NCBI GenBank assembly: GCA_045590535.1 | Contig: JAZNRE010000005.1 | Span: 8,485-72,484 of the forward strand | Reading direction: 5' to 3' | DNA from: Clostridia bacterium | GTDB lineage: Bacteria > Bacillota > Clostridia > UBA1381 > UBA9506 | DNA length: 64,000 bases | In this document: positions 44,419-54,500 of the stretch, in pieces | Position numbering within the stretch: the stretch's first letter is position 1 | Layout of the letters: each line of letters starts with the position of its first letter | Made by a program: the position numbers and the translations under genes | Notes under the pieces: model-generated | Database searches by the model: none | What the model saw: the letters and a program-made list of their open reading frames with translations, nothing else | What the model was told of the DNA's origin: nothing

Positions 44419-46053
44419 CTACTTCTTTAGCTTTATATTTCGCATAATATTGTTTTTTGCAAAAAAATCAGATACGTTTAAATATTCCTTGTATAAAATC
44501 TGATATTTTTTATGATTCTCATCATTGGGATAGTACACCTTTTCGCTTTTATCGGCTATAACAGCAGCAGCATCGAAGACATTGTCAAAATATCCGCCGG
44601 CTACCGATGCAAAAATGGCACTGCCCTTGGCACCCGCCTGGGTGCTGGCTGCAATTTTAATGGGACAGCCCAGAACATCGGCATAAACCTGCATCATAAA
44701 AGCATTTTTTTGCGAAATGCCACCGGCTGCATAAATCTCAGATACCCTAATGCCGTTTTGGTTATAAAGGTCGATGATGGCTTTTGTTCCAAAGGCTGTG
44801 GACTCAATGATCGCCCTGAAAATCTCTTCCGGCTTTGTTCTTAAATTAAGACCGATAATGGTGCCTGTTAAATCATAATTGGCATAGGGTGTGCGGTTGC
44901 CGTTCCACCAATCAAGAGCCAAAATGCCACTTTCACCAACAGAGAGTCTTTCTGCCTTTTGGGTGATGTAATCAAAAATATTTTGGTTTTTAGCCTTTGC
45001 TTCTTCTGCATAAGCTGACGGCACGCAGTTTTTGACAAACCAATCAAAGCTGTCACCAACGCAGGCCTGCCCTGCTTCATAGGCAACAAGACCGGGGATG
45101 ATACCATCTTGCACACGTCCGCAGATGCCTCTAACCTCTTTATCTTCATGGCTCATGACAATGTGGCAGCTGGATGTGCCTGCGATAATCATAAGTCTTC
45201 CATCATTCACAATGCCTGCTGCAGGAAGTGCCGCATGGGCATCAATAATCGGAACAGCCACCGCCGTTCCCTCGCAAAGGCCCGAAAGCTCTGCACCCTT
45301 CTTGCTGATTGTGCCCGCTTTGGTGCCGGTGGGCTTTACCTCTTCTGATATCTTTGTGCCAATAACATCTCCAAAACCTGCATCAACCTTTGACCAGAAT
45401 GCATTGGAGGGATATCCTGTGTCTTTGCTCCACAAGGCCTTATAGCCCGCCATGCAGCTGCTACGGACTTCTTCTCCTGTGAGCTGCCAGACGAGCCAGT
45501 CGCCTGCCTCTAAAAAGCAGTCGCATTCATTATAAACTGCAGGGGATTTATGCATGGTTTCCAAAAGTTTTGGAAACAGCCATTCAGATGACACCTTGCC
45601 GCCATAAGCCTCTAGCCATGCTTCGCCGGAACTAAGAGCTGCCTTTGTGATGGCTTCTGCCTCCGGCTCGGCGCTGTGGTGCTTCCACAGCTTTACATAG
45701 CTCTGGGGCTCATTTTTAAATTTTTCAAAAAAACAAAGGGGTGTTCCATCTGCCTTCACCGGCAAAGCTGTGCAGGAGGTAAAATCAATACCCACACCCA
45801 CAACCTGCTCAGGCAAGATTCCTGACTCTTTTAAAACGGATTTTACTGTACCGGAAAAAACATCAAGATAATCCTGGGGGTGCTGAAATGCATCCGTTTT
45901 TAAAAGATGAATGCCTGTAAAGTCTTTGTCTGTCATCACTGCATGGGGATAAACAAATTCACTTTCGGCAAGCTCTTTTCCCGTTTCCAAGTCAATAAGC
46001 AGTGCTCTTGCTGAAAGTGTGCCGTAATCGATGCCGATTGAATATTTTTTCAT
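44419..46053 (-). CDS. araB: FGGY-family ribulokinase (AraB type)
   Basis: YSIGIDYGTLSARALLIDLETGKE closely resembles AraB N-termini. The ~545-aa length is typical of ribulokinase rather than fuculokinase or xylulokinase. The ATG lies after AAAGGA, and the upstream part of the track ORF lacks an RBS. Confidence 0.8.
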   Translation of the reverse strand: MKKYSIGIDYGTLSARALLIDLETGKELAESEFVYPHAVMTDKDFTGIHLLKTDAFQHPQDYLDVFSGTVKSVLKESGILPEQVVGVGIDFTSCTALPVKADGTPLCFFEKFKNEPQSYVKLWKHHSAEPEAEAITKAALSSGEAWLEAYGGKVSSEWLFPKLLETMHKSPAVYNECDCFLEAGDWLVWQLTGEEVRSSCMAGYKALWSKDTGYPSNAFWSKVDAGFGDVIGTKISEEVKPTGTKAGTISKKGAELSGLCEGTAVAVPIIDAHAALPAAGIVNDGRLMIIAGTSSCHIVMSHEDKEVRGICGRVQDGIIPGLVAYEAGQACVGDSFDWFVKNCVPSAYAEEAKAKNQNIFDYITQKAERLSVGESGILALDWWNGNRTPYANYDLTGTIIGLNLRTKPEEIFRAIIESTAFGTKAIIDLYNQNGIRVSEIYAAGGISQKNAFMMQVYADVLGCPIKIAASTQAGAKGSAIFASVAGGYFDNVFDAAAVIADKSEKVYYPNDENHKKYQILYKEYLNVSDFFAKNNIMRNIKLKK

Positions 46054-46127
46054 ATCATTTGATCCTTTCGGATTTCTTTTGTGCCCTCGGGCATTGCTTG
46101 CCCGGGGCACCCCGTTTTAATCTTTCA

Positions 46128-47930
46128 TTATCTTATGTTTCTATACAGAGGGCCATAAGCATCGCAAGCCCGATAGTCCTGCCCCTCTTTATCCATGCCA
46201 AAAGCGTTCCAGCTTGCCGGACGGAAGATTTTTTCTTCGCTTACATTGTGCATGCAGACAGGAATGCGGAGCATGGAGCAAAGAGTGATCACATCAGCAC
46301 CAATGTGACCATAGCTGATGGAGCCGTGATTTGCACCCCAGTTATTCATAACATCATAAGCTGTTTTAAAGGCACCCTCGCCGGTAACACGTGGTGCAAA
46401 CCAGGTGCAGGGCCATGTGTAATCGGTTCGCTTCCAAAGTTTGTCAGAAACCTCTTCAGGCAATGAAACAGTCCAACCCTCTGCAATTTGCATAACGGGA
46501 CCAAGACCTTTCACAAAGTTAAGACGAATCATGGTTGCCGGCATTTCGGCACGGGTTTCAAAGCGCGAAGAATAGCCACCGCCTCTGAAATAGCCCAGAT
46601 CTGCAGCATTCCAGGTGGTTGCAGATAGGCAAGCTTTTTGGTCTTTTTCTGTCATCTCCCAGAAGGGTTTAATCACAGCATTGCCTGCATCGTCTCGAGC
46701 CTCGCCGCAGGCATCAAGGCAGGCAGCACCTGAATTAATGAGATGGATAAATCCGCCTGCTTCCTTTGCTTTGCCCACAAGGTCATAGCCTGTTGCCTTT
46801 TTAACAGCCTCGGGGCTCCAATAGGTTCTCACATCGGCAAAAATCTGTGCCGTGTTTGTTAAGAGCTTTCCAAAAAGCATGCAAACGCCGTTTAATGTAT
46901 CGTTTTCTGTTGCTAAAATGTAAGGCTCACGGGCGCCATTCCAGTCAAAAGAGGTGTTAAGCATGGATTCAGCAAAGTCACCATTGGGATAAAAGTCGGT
47001 CCATTGTCTTTGTCCCTGAAAACCGGCTGCTATGGCATTGTGACCAACCATTTCTTCCTCACAGCCCTTGGGAAGATTGGAATTGCCGTTCATTAAATCC
47101 TTAATGATGCACATGGTCTTCACAACAAATTCCCATTCTTCTTCTTTCTTTTCAGGAGATTTTTGCAACTCGGGCGGATTTTTATCAAAGCCCTCGGGGC
47201 AGTTTTCTTTTGTCCATTTAAGAGCCTTTTCAAACTCTTCCTTGTCGTAAATGCCCTCTGCCATTCTGCGCAGAATTTCCACTTCGTCAACTGATTCTAC
47301 CCGCATACCTAGGTAGTCCTCAAAAAATTCCGTATTAATGATAGATCCGGCAATACCCATGCAAATGGAACCAATTTGCAAATAGGATTTGCCCCGCATG
47401 GTGGCGACTGCAACAGCCGAGCGGGCAAAGGCAAGAATTTTTGCCTGAACATCAGCAGGAATGGTGGTGTCATCTGCTTCGCAAACATCGTGACCGTAAA
47501 TACCAAAGGCCGGCAGACCCTTTTGGGCATGAGATGCCAAAACCGATGCAAGATAAACCGCACCCGGTCTTTCTGTGCCGTTAAAGCCCCAAACGGCTTT
47601 AATGGTCATGGGGTCCATATCCATGGTCTCTGAGCCATAGCACCAGCAAGGTGTTACCGTGAGGGTGATAGCCACGTTTTCTCTTTTAAATTTAGCCTCG
47701 CAGGCCGCTGCCTCTGCCACGCGACCTATGGTTGAATCGGCAATGATAACTTTTACGGCCTCACCGTTTGAATATTTTAAATTTTTTGTGATTAACTCTG
47801 CCGCAGCTTTTGCCATGTTCATGGTTTGGTCTTCAAGAGATTCCCTGACTTTTAAAGGGCCTCTTCTTCCGTCTATAGTGGGACGGATACCAATTACGGG
47901 ATATTCCCCAATATATCTGTTTTTACCCAT
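46128..47930 (-). CDS. fucI: L-fucose isomerase family protein (L-fucose/D-arabinose isomerase)
   Basis: 600 aa. [29 protein letters not shown] and the overall length match FucI. It is not the ~500-aa AraA type. Confidence 0.8.
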   Translation of the reverse strand: MGKNRYIGEYPVIGIRPTIDGRRGPLKVRESLEDQTMNMAKAAAELITKNLKYSNGEAVKVIIADSTIGRVAEAAACEAKFKRENVAITLTVTPCWCYGSETMDMDPMTIKAVWGFNGTERPGAVYLASVLASHAQKGLPAFGIYGHDVCEADDTTIPADVQAKILAFARSAVAVATMRGKSYLQIGSICMGIAGSIINTEFFEDYLGMRVESVDEVEILRRMAEGIYDKEEFEKALKWTKENCPEGFDKNPPELQKSPEKKEEEWEFVVKTMCIIKDLMNGNSNLPKGCEEEMVGHNAIAAGFQGQRQWTDFYPNGDFAESMLNTSFDWNGAREPYILATENDTLNGVCMLFGKLLTNTAQIFADVRTYWSPEAVKKATGYDLVGKAKEAGGFIHLINSGAACLDACGEARDDAGNAVIKPFWEMTEKDQKACLSATTWNAADLGYFRGGGYSSRFETRAEMPATMIRLNFVKGLGPVMQIAEGWTVSLPEEVSDKLWKRTDYTWPCTWFAPRVTGEGAFKTAYDVMNNWGANHGSISYGHIGADVITLCSMLRIPVCMHNVSEEKIFRPASWNAFGMDKEGQDYRACDAYGPLYRNIR

Positions 47931-48039
47931 TATATTTTCCTCCCCAATTTAGTTGGTAATATAATTATATACTTGCGTTTTCCCTAATACTTGTGTTATA
48001 ATAACAAAAAGTATAACTATTTCCATATCGAGGTGTAAT

Positions 48040-48891
48040 ATGGCTTATAACGAACTAGAGCAAAGAGGAACCTCTGATTTTCCTGTGGAATTTTTCCACA
48101 TTGATGAGCATCATCCCCGCTATCACATGTCTGCCCATTGGCACAGCGAAATTGAGCTGATTAAGGTGCTTGAGGGGCATCTGGAAATTAAGCTTAACAA
48201 CAATGAATATCTTGCAAAACCGGGTGATATTGTTTTTATTAATTCAGAAACGCTCCACCAGGCAATTCCTCATGCATGCACCTATGAATGCATTGTTTTT
48301 CACATTAACTTTTTGTATAATGACACTTTAAGCTGCCGCTATTTCATTGAAAGTATTTTAAGCGGCGAAAACATTGTGAATGAATTTAACCCCCTTGCAA
48401 ATGATGAATTTCATAAAGTGGCAGGTGACGTGTTTCACCATTTAAACAGCCATTCCTCAGGGTATAAATTCAGAACCATAGCCGCCTTTTATATGCTTTT
48501 AGGGGTGATTGCAGATGAGCACATGTATCATTCAACCGTGAGCGACAAAACCTTTGATGTGGACAAAAACATTGTTAAGCTTAAAAAAGTCCTTTCATTT
48601 ATGCGCGAGAACTACAATAAAAGCATCACCTTAGAAGACATGGCCAAAACGGCTGGCATTTCTTTTAAATATTTTGGCACCTTCTTTAAGAATATGACCC
48701 GAAAAACGCCGGTTGATTATCTCATTGAATACCGTATTGAAAAAGCCTCCCGAAAGCTTTTAAACACCGACATGAGCGTGACGGACATTGCCTATTCCTG
48801 CGGTTTTAATGACCTGAGCTACTTCATTAAAACCTTTAAAAGAATCAACAAAATTTCTCCGGGAAAATACAGAGAAAAACAGCCGGAATAA
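48040..48891 (+). CDS. AraC family transcriptional regulator (cupin sensor plus dual HTH)
   Basis: N-terminal cupin (HWHSEIELIKVLEG). The C-terminal HTH_18 region includes ITLEDMAKTAGISFKYF and VTDIAYSCGFNDLSYFIKTFKR. It is divergent from the sugar genes. Confidence 0.85.
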   Translation: MAYNELEQRGTSDFPVEFFHIDEHHPRYHMSAHWHSEIELIKVLEGHLEIKLNNNEYLAKPGDIVFINSETLHQAIPHACTYECIVFHINFLYNDTLSCRYFIESILSGENIVNEFNPLANDEFHKVAGDVFHHLNSHSSGYKFRTIAAFYMLLGVIADEHMYHSTVSDKTFDVDKNIVKLKKVLSFMRENYNKSITLEDMAKTAGISFKYFGTFFKNMTRKTPVDYLIEYRIEKASRKLLNTDMSVTDIAYSCGFNDLSYFIKTFKRINKISPGKYREKQPE

Positions 48892-49014
48892 AAAGTAACG
48901 TATGATAGCAGTAAAACATACTGTTTTTGAAAAAAGACTCTCCTTAGAATGAGGATGAGTCTTTTTTACGTGCAAAAATCGCTGTATAAATTTTTTTAGA
49001 CTTCGGTTCATAAT

Positions 49015-49047
49015 ATGACATTTTTTTCCAGCCCTGTGTGTTACAAT
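49015..49047 (+). promoter_or_regulatory. Candidate spoIIG-type promoter with an over-long spacer (ATGACA-N21-TACAAT)
   Basis: ATGACA (49015-49020) and TACAAT (49042-49047) are separated by 21 nt, 60 nt upstream of the spoIIGA GTG. TATGACA matches 5/7 of a Spo0A box (TTCGACA). Confidence 0.3.
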
Positions 49048-49106
49048 AATGATGAATCCGAGCCTTATAGTATCCCTTGACCAATACATATGCGGAGGAC
49101 AGCCTT

Positions 49107-49982
49107 GTGGAAATTAAAATCTATGTAGATGTTTTGTTTTTCATCAATCTTCTGTTTAATTATTTGCTGCTTTGGTTCACCGGCCTTCTGCTTCGTCAGT
49201 CTGTTTCCAATGGGCGCCTTTTTGCCTCTGCCTCTTTGGGTGCCCTCTATGCCGTGTGCATCTTTTTTTTGCCAGTAGCCGTGTTTTATGCCCTGCCGGG
49301 AAAGCTTCTCTTTGGCATGCTAATGGTCTTTTTGGCTTTTCGCCCCCATTCTCTTTTGGCATGGCTCAAATGCAGTTGTGTGTTTTTTGCAGCGGTATTT
49401 ATTGTAGGGGGTGCGGCTTTGTGTTTCGTCTTTTTTAGTGGCGAAAAAGCATTACAGGGCATTCTCTATCGTAATGGCGCTCTTTATATGAATCTGCCGA
49501 TTTCTCTTTTGCTTTTTCTGTTTGCTCTTTGCTATAGCATTTTAAAGGTTGCCTTTTCACTAGGCGCCAAAGTGAATGCGGCAGGGAGGCAAACAGTGCC
49601 CCTACTTGTTGTTTTAGGCAACCGTTCTGTGCGGCTGCGGGGCTTTTATGACAGCGGAAACCTATTGCAAGACCGACACGGTCGTGGCGTGATGATAACA
49701 GAAAAAAAGCGGGTTGCCCCGCTTTTTAAAAATCAAGAAAAACTAAAAGCATCCCCGGCCCAATTCCGTTTTAAAACACTAAAGGGTCAGGGAAAACTGC
49801 AGGGCTTTTGGCCCGATGCCATCTATCGTGAAGAGGGACGAAGGTTAATCCCGGTTGCGCCCTGCTATGTGGCCGTCACGGATGAGCCGTTAAATTATTA
49901 TCATAACTGGGACACAATTTTGCCCAACAATTTTGAGGGAGTGGAAAAGAATGAAACGAAAACGCATGAAGCAGTTATTTAA
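49107..49982 (+). CDS. spoIIGA: Sigma-E processing peptidase SpoIIGA
   Basis: N-terminal polytopic region beginning [17 protein letters not shown]. The C-terminal aspartic protease motif is [10 protein letters not shown]. The GTG lies 8 nt after GGAGG. The gene is directly followed by sigE. Confidence 0.85.
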   Translation: MEIKIYVDVLFFINLLFNYLLLWFTGLLLRQSVSNGRLFASASLGALYAVCIFFLPVAVFYALPGKLLFGMLMVFLAFRPHSLLAWLKCSCVFFAAVFIVGGAALCFVFFSGEKALQGILYRNGALYMNLPISLLLFLFALCYSILKVAFSLGAKVNAAGRQTVPLLVVLGNRSVRLRGFYDSGNLLQDRHGRGVMITEKKRVAPLFKNQEKLKASPAQFRFKTLKGQGKLQGFWPDAIYREEGRRLIPVAPCYVAVTDEPLNYYHNWDTILPNNFEGVEKNETKTHEAVI

Positions 49983-50688
49983 CTTTACGGCTTTCAAACA
50001 AACCGCTATTTTCAAATGGATTGTGGGTGGTGATACCCCCGTTTTATACATTGGCGGCAGCCAGGCTTTGCCGGCTCCCCTTTCGTCTGACGAAGAAGCC
50101 GCTCTTTTAGAACAATTAACCTCCGACACACCGGAGGTCAAAAAAACATTGATTGAACGCAATTTAAGGCTTGTGGTGTATGTGGCACGAAAATTTGAAA
50201 ACACCGGAGTTAACATTGAAGATTTAATCTCCATCGGCTCCATTGGTCTGATTAAAGCCATTAACACCTTTGATACGGGAAAGAACATCAAGCTTGCAAC
50301 CTATGCCTCCCGCTGTATCGAAAACGAAATTCTCATGTATCTGCGCAAAAACCATAACATTAAAACCGAGGTATCCATTGATGAGCCTTTAAACACCGAT
50401 TGGGACGGCAACGAGCTGCTCCTGTCCGATGTGCTGGGCACCGATACCGATGAGATTTCCCACCGCATTGAAGAAGAGGTTGACCGCCAGCTTTTATATA
50501 GCGCCATCAATCGCCTTTCTTCAAGAGAGCGACAAATCATGGAACTGCGCTTTGGACTTCGCTCCGGCAACGAAAAAACACAAAAAGAAGTGGCCGACAA
50601 GCTGGGCATTTCCCAGTCTTACATCTCAAGACTGGAAAAGCGCATCATCGGCCGACTTAAAATTGAATTTGCCAAGTTAATGCAGTGA
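49951..50688 (+). CDS. sigE: Sporulation sigma factor SigE (pro-sigma-E)
   Basis: [17 protein letters not shown]...[41 protein letters not shown]...[13 protein letters not shown] is near-canonical SigE. The ATG follows GAGGGAG. Confidence 0.9.
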   Translation: MKRKRMKQLFNFTAFKQTAIFKWIVGGDTPVLYIGGSQALPAPLSSDEEAALLEQLTSDTPEVKKTLIERNLRLVVYVARKFENTGVNIEDLISIGSIGLIKAINTFDTGKNIKLATYASRCIENEILMYLRKNHNIKTEVSIDEPLNTDWDGNELLLSDVLGTDTDEISHRIEEEVDRQLLYSAINRLSSRERQIMELRFGLRSGNEKTQKEVADKLGISQSYISRLEKRIIGRLKIEFAKLMQ

Positions 50689-51537
50689 GACAGTTTTAGC
50701 CATGAAGTCTACATATTGGTCAATTACATCAATATCCGTTAAATGGTAGAGCATCCTTGCTCCCACAACATCTTCAATCTCGCCCAGCATGGGCTGACCC
50801 TTTGAATAAAGCAGGTCAATACCGGCAAAGCCCAGTGGTAAATGGTCTGTTATGGTGCGAACAATATGCATCTCTTCCTGGGTCAGTGTTTTTTGTTCGG
50901 CCCTGCCGCCTAAGCAGTAGTTGCTGCGAAAATCATCATCACGCATGCGGAGCATGGCACACACAACCTCACCGCCCACAACATAAACCCGCAAATCGCG
51001 ACCCAAATCGGCAACCGGCTTTTGCAATAAAAAGCTTGCATGAGCATAGCCGGTGAGTTTATCCGCTAAATCCGAGGGGCTTTCAACCCATAAAACATCC
51101 TGGCCCCCATGACCGTCCCGAGGCTTCATCACCAAGGGAAAGCCCAAGTCTATGCCAATTTCCATGGCGCTGTTACGGGTTGCCACACGGGTAACTGGCG
51201 TGGGAATGCCTAAAGAAGCCGCAAACTGCAAGGTTTTCAGCTTATCATTGGCTAAAAGTGACACTCGGGCGCTGTTAAAAAGCCGACAGCCCATGGCCTC
51301 TAAATGTGCCGAAAATATAGGTTCCGTTGCCCGCATAATCACAAAGTCGGGCAATTTTTTTATGTCTTTTTTTGCATAAGACAAATAAAGGCCGTTTTCC
51401 GCCGTGCCCCAAGAAAAATCTTCATAATAGCAAAGTGACATTTGAATGTTTCGTTTTTCGCATGCCTGCCTGTAAAAAGAGATGGCATGGTGATTGCGCT
51501 CTGCTTCCCCGCGGGTGTAAATCAGCCAACAAGTCAT
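50677..51537 (-). CDS. RimK-family ATP-grasp ligase, paralog B
   Basis: [22 protein letters not shown]...[25 protein letters not shown] and GFAGIDLL are colinear with E. coli RimK. Confidence 0.75.
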   Translation of the reverse strand: MTCWLIYTRGEAERNHHAISFYRQACEKRNIQMSLCYYEDFSWGTAENGLYLSYAKKDIKKLPDFVIMRATEPIFSAHLEAMGCRLFNSARVSLLANDKLKTLQFAASLGIPTPVTRVATRNSAMEIGIDLGFPLVMKPRDGHGGQDVLWVESPSDLADKLTGYAHASFLLQKPVADLGRDLRVYVVGGEVVCAMLRMRDDDFRSNYCLGGRAEQKTLTQEEMHIVRTITDHLPLGFAGIDLLYSKGQPMLGEIEDVVGARMLYHLTDIDVIDQYVDFMAKTVSLH

Positions 51538-51556
51538 GCCTCTTCACTCCTTTTTA

Positions 51557-52435
51557 TTATTCTTTGTCTATTTGTTGAGCAATGTGCTGTACAATTGCCT
51601 CTGCTGTGTCAATGCCGGTACAATCGAGCAGATTTTTAAAATGGGCGTTTGAATTGATTTCGCACAAAATTGGCTCATCATTTTTACCAAACAAAAGGTC
51701 GACTCCGGCAAAATCAAGCCCCAGAGTCCGGCACGCCTTTATGGCCATTTCTTTTTGGGCTTCTGTGGGGGTGTAGGCCTTCATGCTGCCCCCGGCGGTG
51801 ACATTGGCACGAAAATCGCCTTTTTCATTGTAGCGCAGCATGGCGGCAACCACCCGGTCCCCCACCACCTGCAGGCGCACATCCCGTCCCACACTTTCTT
51901 TCACAAAAGCCTGCATGATAAAGGGTGTGGCACCCAAGGTTTTAACAATTTTCTCTGCCTCTTTTTGCGAATGAGCCAAAAAAACCTGACTGCCAAAGGA
52001 GCCAAAGCAGGCCTTAATCACCATAGGCCAGCCTAACTGCTCCCCTGCTTTTTCAATAAAGGATAGATCTGTGTAACCCACAGCATCATAGGTCATGGGT
52101 GCACAAATGGTATCGGGCATGGGTACTTTTCCCGCCAGTGCCACATGGGTCAGACTTTTATCGTCACACACCATAACCGCATGAGCCGGGTTAAAAAGCC
52201 GCAAACCCATATTTTCCAGCGAAAGAGCCAGGCGAATGTCTTTATCCCAAAACAGGCCAAAATCCGGCAAATTCTCTTTTGAAAAGCCTTTGCCGATGAT
52301 GTGCAAAAGGTCACATCCGCTTTTCATAACGAGGTCAATGCCCTGGTCTTTTGCTGCCTGTTGCAGACGCTCATAAAGCTCTGAAAATTTATTTGTTTTT
52401 AAAAAATGATTCACAATTAACCAGCCGGTTTTCAT
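51557..52435 (-). CDS. RimK-family ATP-grasp ligase, paralog A
   Basis: WPMVIKACFGSFGSQV, MQAFVKESVGRDVRLQVVGDRVV, GDFRANVTAGG and DFAGVDLLF. The ATG lies 4 nt after GGAGAAG. Confidence 0.75.
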   Translation of the reverse strand: MKTGWLIVNHFLKTNKFSELYERLQQAAKDQGIDLVMKSGCDLLHIIGKGFSKENLPDFGLFWDKDIRLALSLENMGLRLFNPAHAVMVCDDKSLTHVALAGKVPMPDTICAPMTYDAVGYTDLSFIEKAGEQLGWPMVIKACFGSFGSQVFLAHSQKEAEKIVKTLGATPFIMQAFVKESVGRDVRLQVVGDRVVAAMLRYNEKGDFRANVTAGGSMKAYTPTEAQKEMAIKACRTLGLDFAGVDLLFGKNDEPILCEINSNAHFKNLLDCTGIDTAEAIVQHIAQQIDKE

Positions 52436-52487
52436 AACACTTCTCCAAATTCTTTTGTTAGTCAAAAATGCTTATTTCATATTTACG

Positions 52488-52516
52488 ATTATAGTCCCAT
52501 TCGCATGCTCTGTCAA
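52488..52516 (-). promoter_or_regulatory. Consensus sigma-A promoter of the ATP-grasp pair (TTGACA-N17-TATAAT)
   Basis: The reverse complement reads TTGACA gagcatgcgaatgggac TATAAT, about 50 nt upstream of the 52435 start. Confidence 0.6.
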
Positions 52517-52620
52517 GTCAAGGTCTTGCTTTGGGCTATAAAAATCACACTTTTTCTTTTTAGGCATATAATGTAAAGAACTCGGTTTCAAACCGCAGGC
52601 CATGCAAAGGAGTGTGTGAT

Positions 52621-53061
52621 ATGGCGTTTTCAGACAGAGAGCTGCTGGCAAGACTTGTACAGTGCGAAGCCGGCGGCGAGGGCGATTCGGGCATGCGGGC
52701 CGTGGCCAGCGTGGTCATGAACCGTGTCAACGCACCGGGTGGCGAATATGCAAGAGTGGGCAGAGGCAGTCTGCGAAACATTATTTTTCAGCCAGACCAA
52801 TTTACCTGCGTGAAGGAGGTGGTGGGCGGACAATATAACCGGCAAAATATTTATAACATGCGTCCTGAGGCCATTCACTATTCGATTGCCGATTGGGCCA
52901 TAGCCGGCAACCGATTATCTCCCTTGGGTCAGGCACTTTGGTTTTACAATCCGTATTCACCAACCTGCCGGCAAAACTTTCCCAGTCGCGTGGGCTACCT
53001 TACAACGCGAATTGTAGACCATTGCTTTTACAATCCGACAGATGCCTATTTTCAAACCTAA
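52621..53061 (+). CDS. Spore cortex-lytic cell wall hydrolase, CwlJ/SleB catalytic-domain family
   Basis: LLARLVQCEAGGEGDSGMRAVASVVMNRV...IFQPDQF...HCFYNP matches the Hydrolase_2 domain of CwlJ. The ATG lies 8 nt after AAGGAG. Confidence 0.8.
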   Translation: MAFSDRELLARLVQCEAGGEGDSGMRAVASVVMNRVNAPGGEYARVGRGSLRNIIFQPDQFTCVKEVVGGQYNRQNIYNMRPEAIHYSIADWAIAGNRLSPLGQALWFYNPYSPTCRQNFPSRVGYLTTRIVDHCFYNPTDAYFQT

Positions 53062-53106
53062 TGAATAAAACAGAATGAAAGGATATATGAATTCAGAAAG
53101 GACTGT

Positions 53107-53655
53107 ATGCACATGGCAAACGACACAAGGCCGATGATGACAGATGCAAACGAAGAAAGCTGGGGCGCTTATGATAACAACCATAACGCCACTGTTTATG
53201 ATTATTTAAACCCTAATTCATCAGGTGTTTATCCCCTCCCCGTTCCTGATTCAAGCTTTAGCAACAATCACGGAAATGGCGGCACATCTGCACAAAGTGG
53301 TTCAGGCAATTTTGGCCCTCAGGAATCAATGGAGGCCGTTGAAAATCCACAGAGCAACGAAGAGGTCTATCAGGGCTCCTTTGAGGCAGTTTTGGCCAAT
53401 AACTTAGGCTATTATGTAACTATTGATTTTTTAATCGGCACAACCGAACTCACTTCCCGTTCCGGCATTTTATACGCTGTCGGTAACAACTTTGTGACCC
53501 TGTATGAGCCGGACAGCAATCAATACATTGTTTGTGATTTATTCTCTGTTAAATTTGTTACCTTCTTCCGTTCTGACCCCAGAAACCGACCCATGTCATA
53601 TAATAATTACGGTTATAATCGGGGCCGTTCCGGCGGAATGGGACGCCGCTACTAA
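53107..53655 (+). CDS. gerQ: Spore coat protein GerQ-like
   Basis: A low-complexity N/S/G/Q-rich N-terminus is followed by LGYYVTIDFLIGTTE...GILYAVGNNFVTLYEPDSNQYIVCDLFSVKFVTFF, the GerQ/YwdL C-terminal pattern. It is adjacent to the cwlJ-like gene. Confidence 0.7.
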   Translation: MHMANDTRPMMTDANEESWGAYDNNHNATVYDYLNPNSSGVYPLPVPDSSFSNNHGNGGTSAQSGSGNFGPQESMEAVENPQSNEEVYQGSFEAVLANNLGYYVTIDFLIGTTELTSRSGILYAVGNNFVTLYEPDSNQYIVCDLFSVKFVTFFRSDPRNRPMSYNNYGYNRGRSGGMGRRY

Positions 53656-53670
53656 TACATAGACATAAAG

Positions 53671-53715
53671 AAAGAGGCCGTCTTGCTAAATGAATTTGCA
53701 AGACAGCCTCTTTTT
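53671..53715. terminator. Bidirectional intrinsic terminator (gerQ / PHP gene)
   Basis: AAAGAGGCCGTCTTGC-N10-GCAAGACAGCCTCTTT (one mismatch), followed by TTGTT. Confidence 0.7.
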
Positions 53716-53771
53716 GTTATTCACCAACGATTTTAATCAAAACTCGCTTCCTCTGTTTTCCGTCTAATTCA

Positions 53772-54500
53772 TCAAGGGGCAACGGGTGCTCTCCCAAGGG
53801 TTTTAATTAAGCAGTCTGCACTGCACTCTTCAAGTTCTAGCACGCTCTGTCCTTCATAAACATCCCACAAATAGTGGGCGTCTGAATCGGTTATCAATCG
53901 GTAAGACGAAAGCTCGGGCCAACGGGCAAGCACCTCTTTTTTGGTTGTGTTTTTCGAAATCTCTAAGGTGGTAAAGCCCAGTTCCTCCGGCACGGCACCT
54001 AAATTGGAAATAATGCTGTAGGCATCTTTATCCACATGAGCCGGCATAATCAAGCCGCCCAATGCCCGCACCCGGGGCGCTGCCTCATAAATGGAACAGC
54101 CGGAAGCCGTTGTGAGCAGCCTTTCTTCATAAGCGGTGATTTCGTCTTTTTCATTCATATAGGCCTGCTGCCCAAAAATTTCAGATCTGTTTTTTATGGG
54201 CATAGCAAAGGGCAATAGATATGCCTCAAAGGCCTCTGCCGCTTCAATGGTGGGAAACAAGCAAACAAAATGAGCTTCTTCTGCTGTTTCAAGTTCCATG
54301 CCCGGCACAACGCAAAGCCCCTGTTCTTTGGCACAAGCCATCACCGCACGGACATTGCCCACGGTGTTATGGTCCGTCACCGCAATCATTTGCAGGCCGT
54401 TTAAAAGAGCCATGTTCACAATGTTGTTAGGGGTCATATCCATATCCCCGCAGGGCGACAGGGCGGAATGAATATGAAAATCACAGCTATACTGCATCAA
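53772..54500 (-). CDS. PHP-domain phosphoesterase
   Basis: CDFHIHSALSPCG...IAVTDHNT...PAHVD...SDAH: the PHP metal-binding histidine/aspartate set. The start overlaps the upstream stop by 4 nt. Confidence 0.8.
   Translation of the reverse strand: MMQYSCDFHIHSALSPCGDMDMTPNNIVNMALLNGLQMIAVTDHNTVGNVRAVMACAKEQGLCVVPGMELETAEEAHFVCLFPTIEAAEAFEAYLLPFAMPIKNRSEIFGQQAYMNEKDEITAYEERLLTTASGCSIYEAAPRVRALGGLIMPAHVDKDAYSIISNLGAVPEELGFTTLEISKNTTKKEVLARWPELSSYRLITDSDAHYLWDVYEGQSVLELEECSADCLIKTLGRAPVAP

Noticed and set aside
48760-49089. 109-codon minus-strand ORF spanning the araC 3' end and the spoIIGA upstream region.
   Set aside because: It overlaps the well-supported AraC HTH region antisense and crosses a terminator hairpin. 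It has no RBS.
52436-52620. Graspetide (microviridin-like) RiPP cluster interpretation of the two ATP-grasp genes.
   Set aside because: No precursor-peptide ORF lies between the promoter and the first ligase or after the second. No GNAT or ABC exporter is present, and both proteins align end to end with RimK. It is retained only as an alternative to test.
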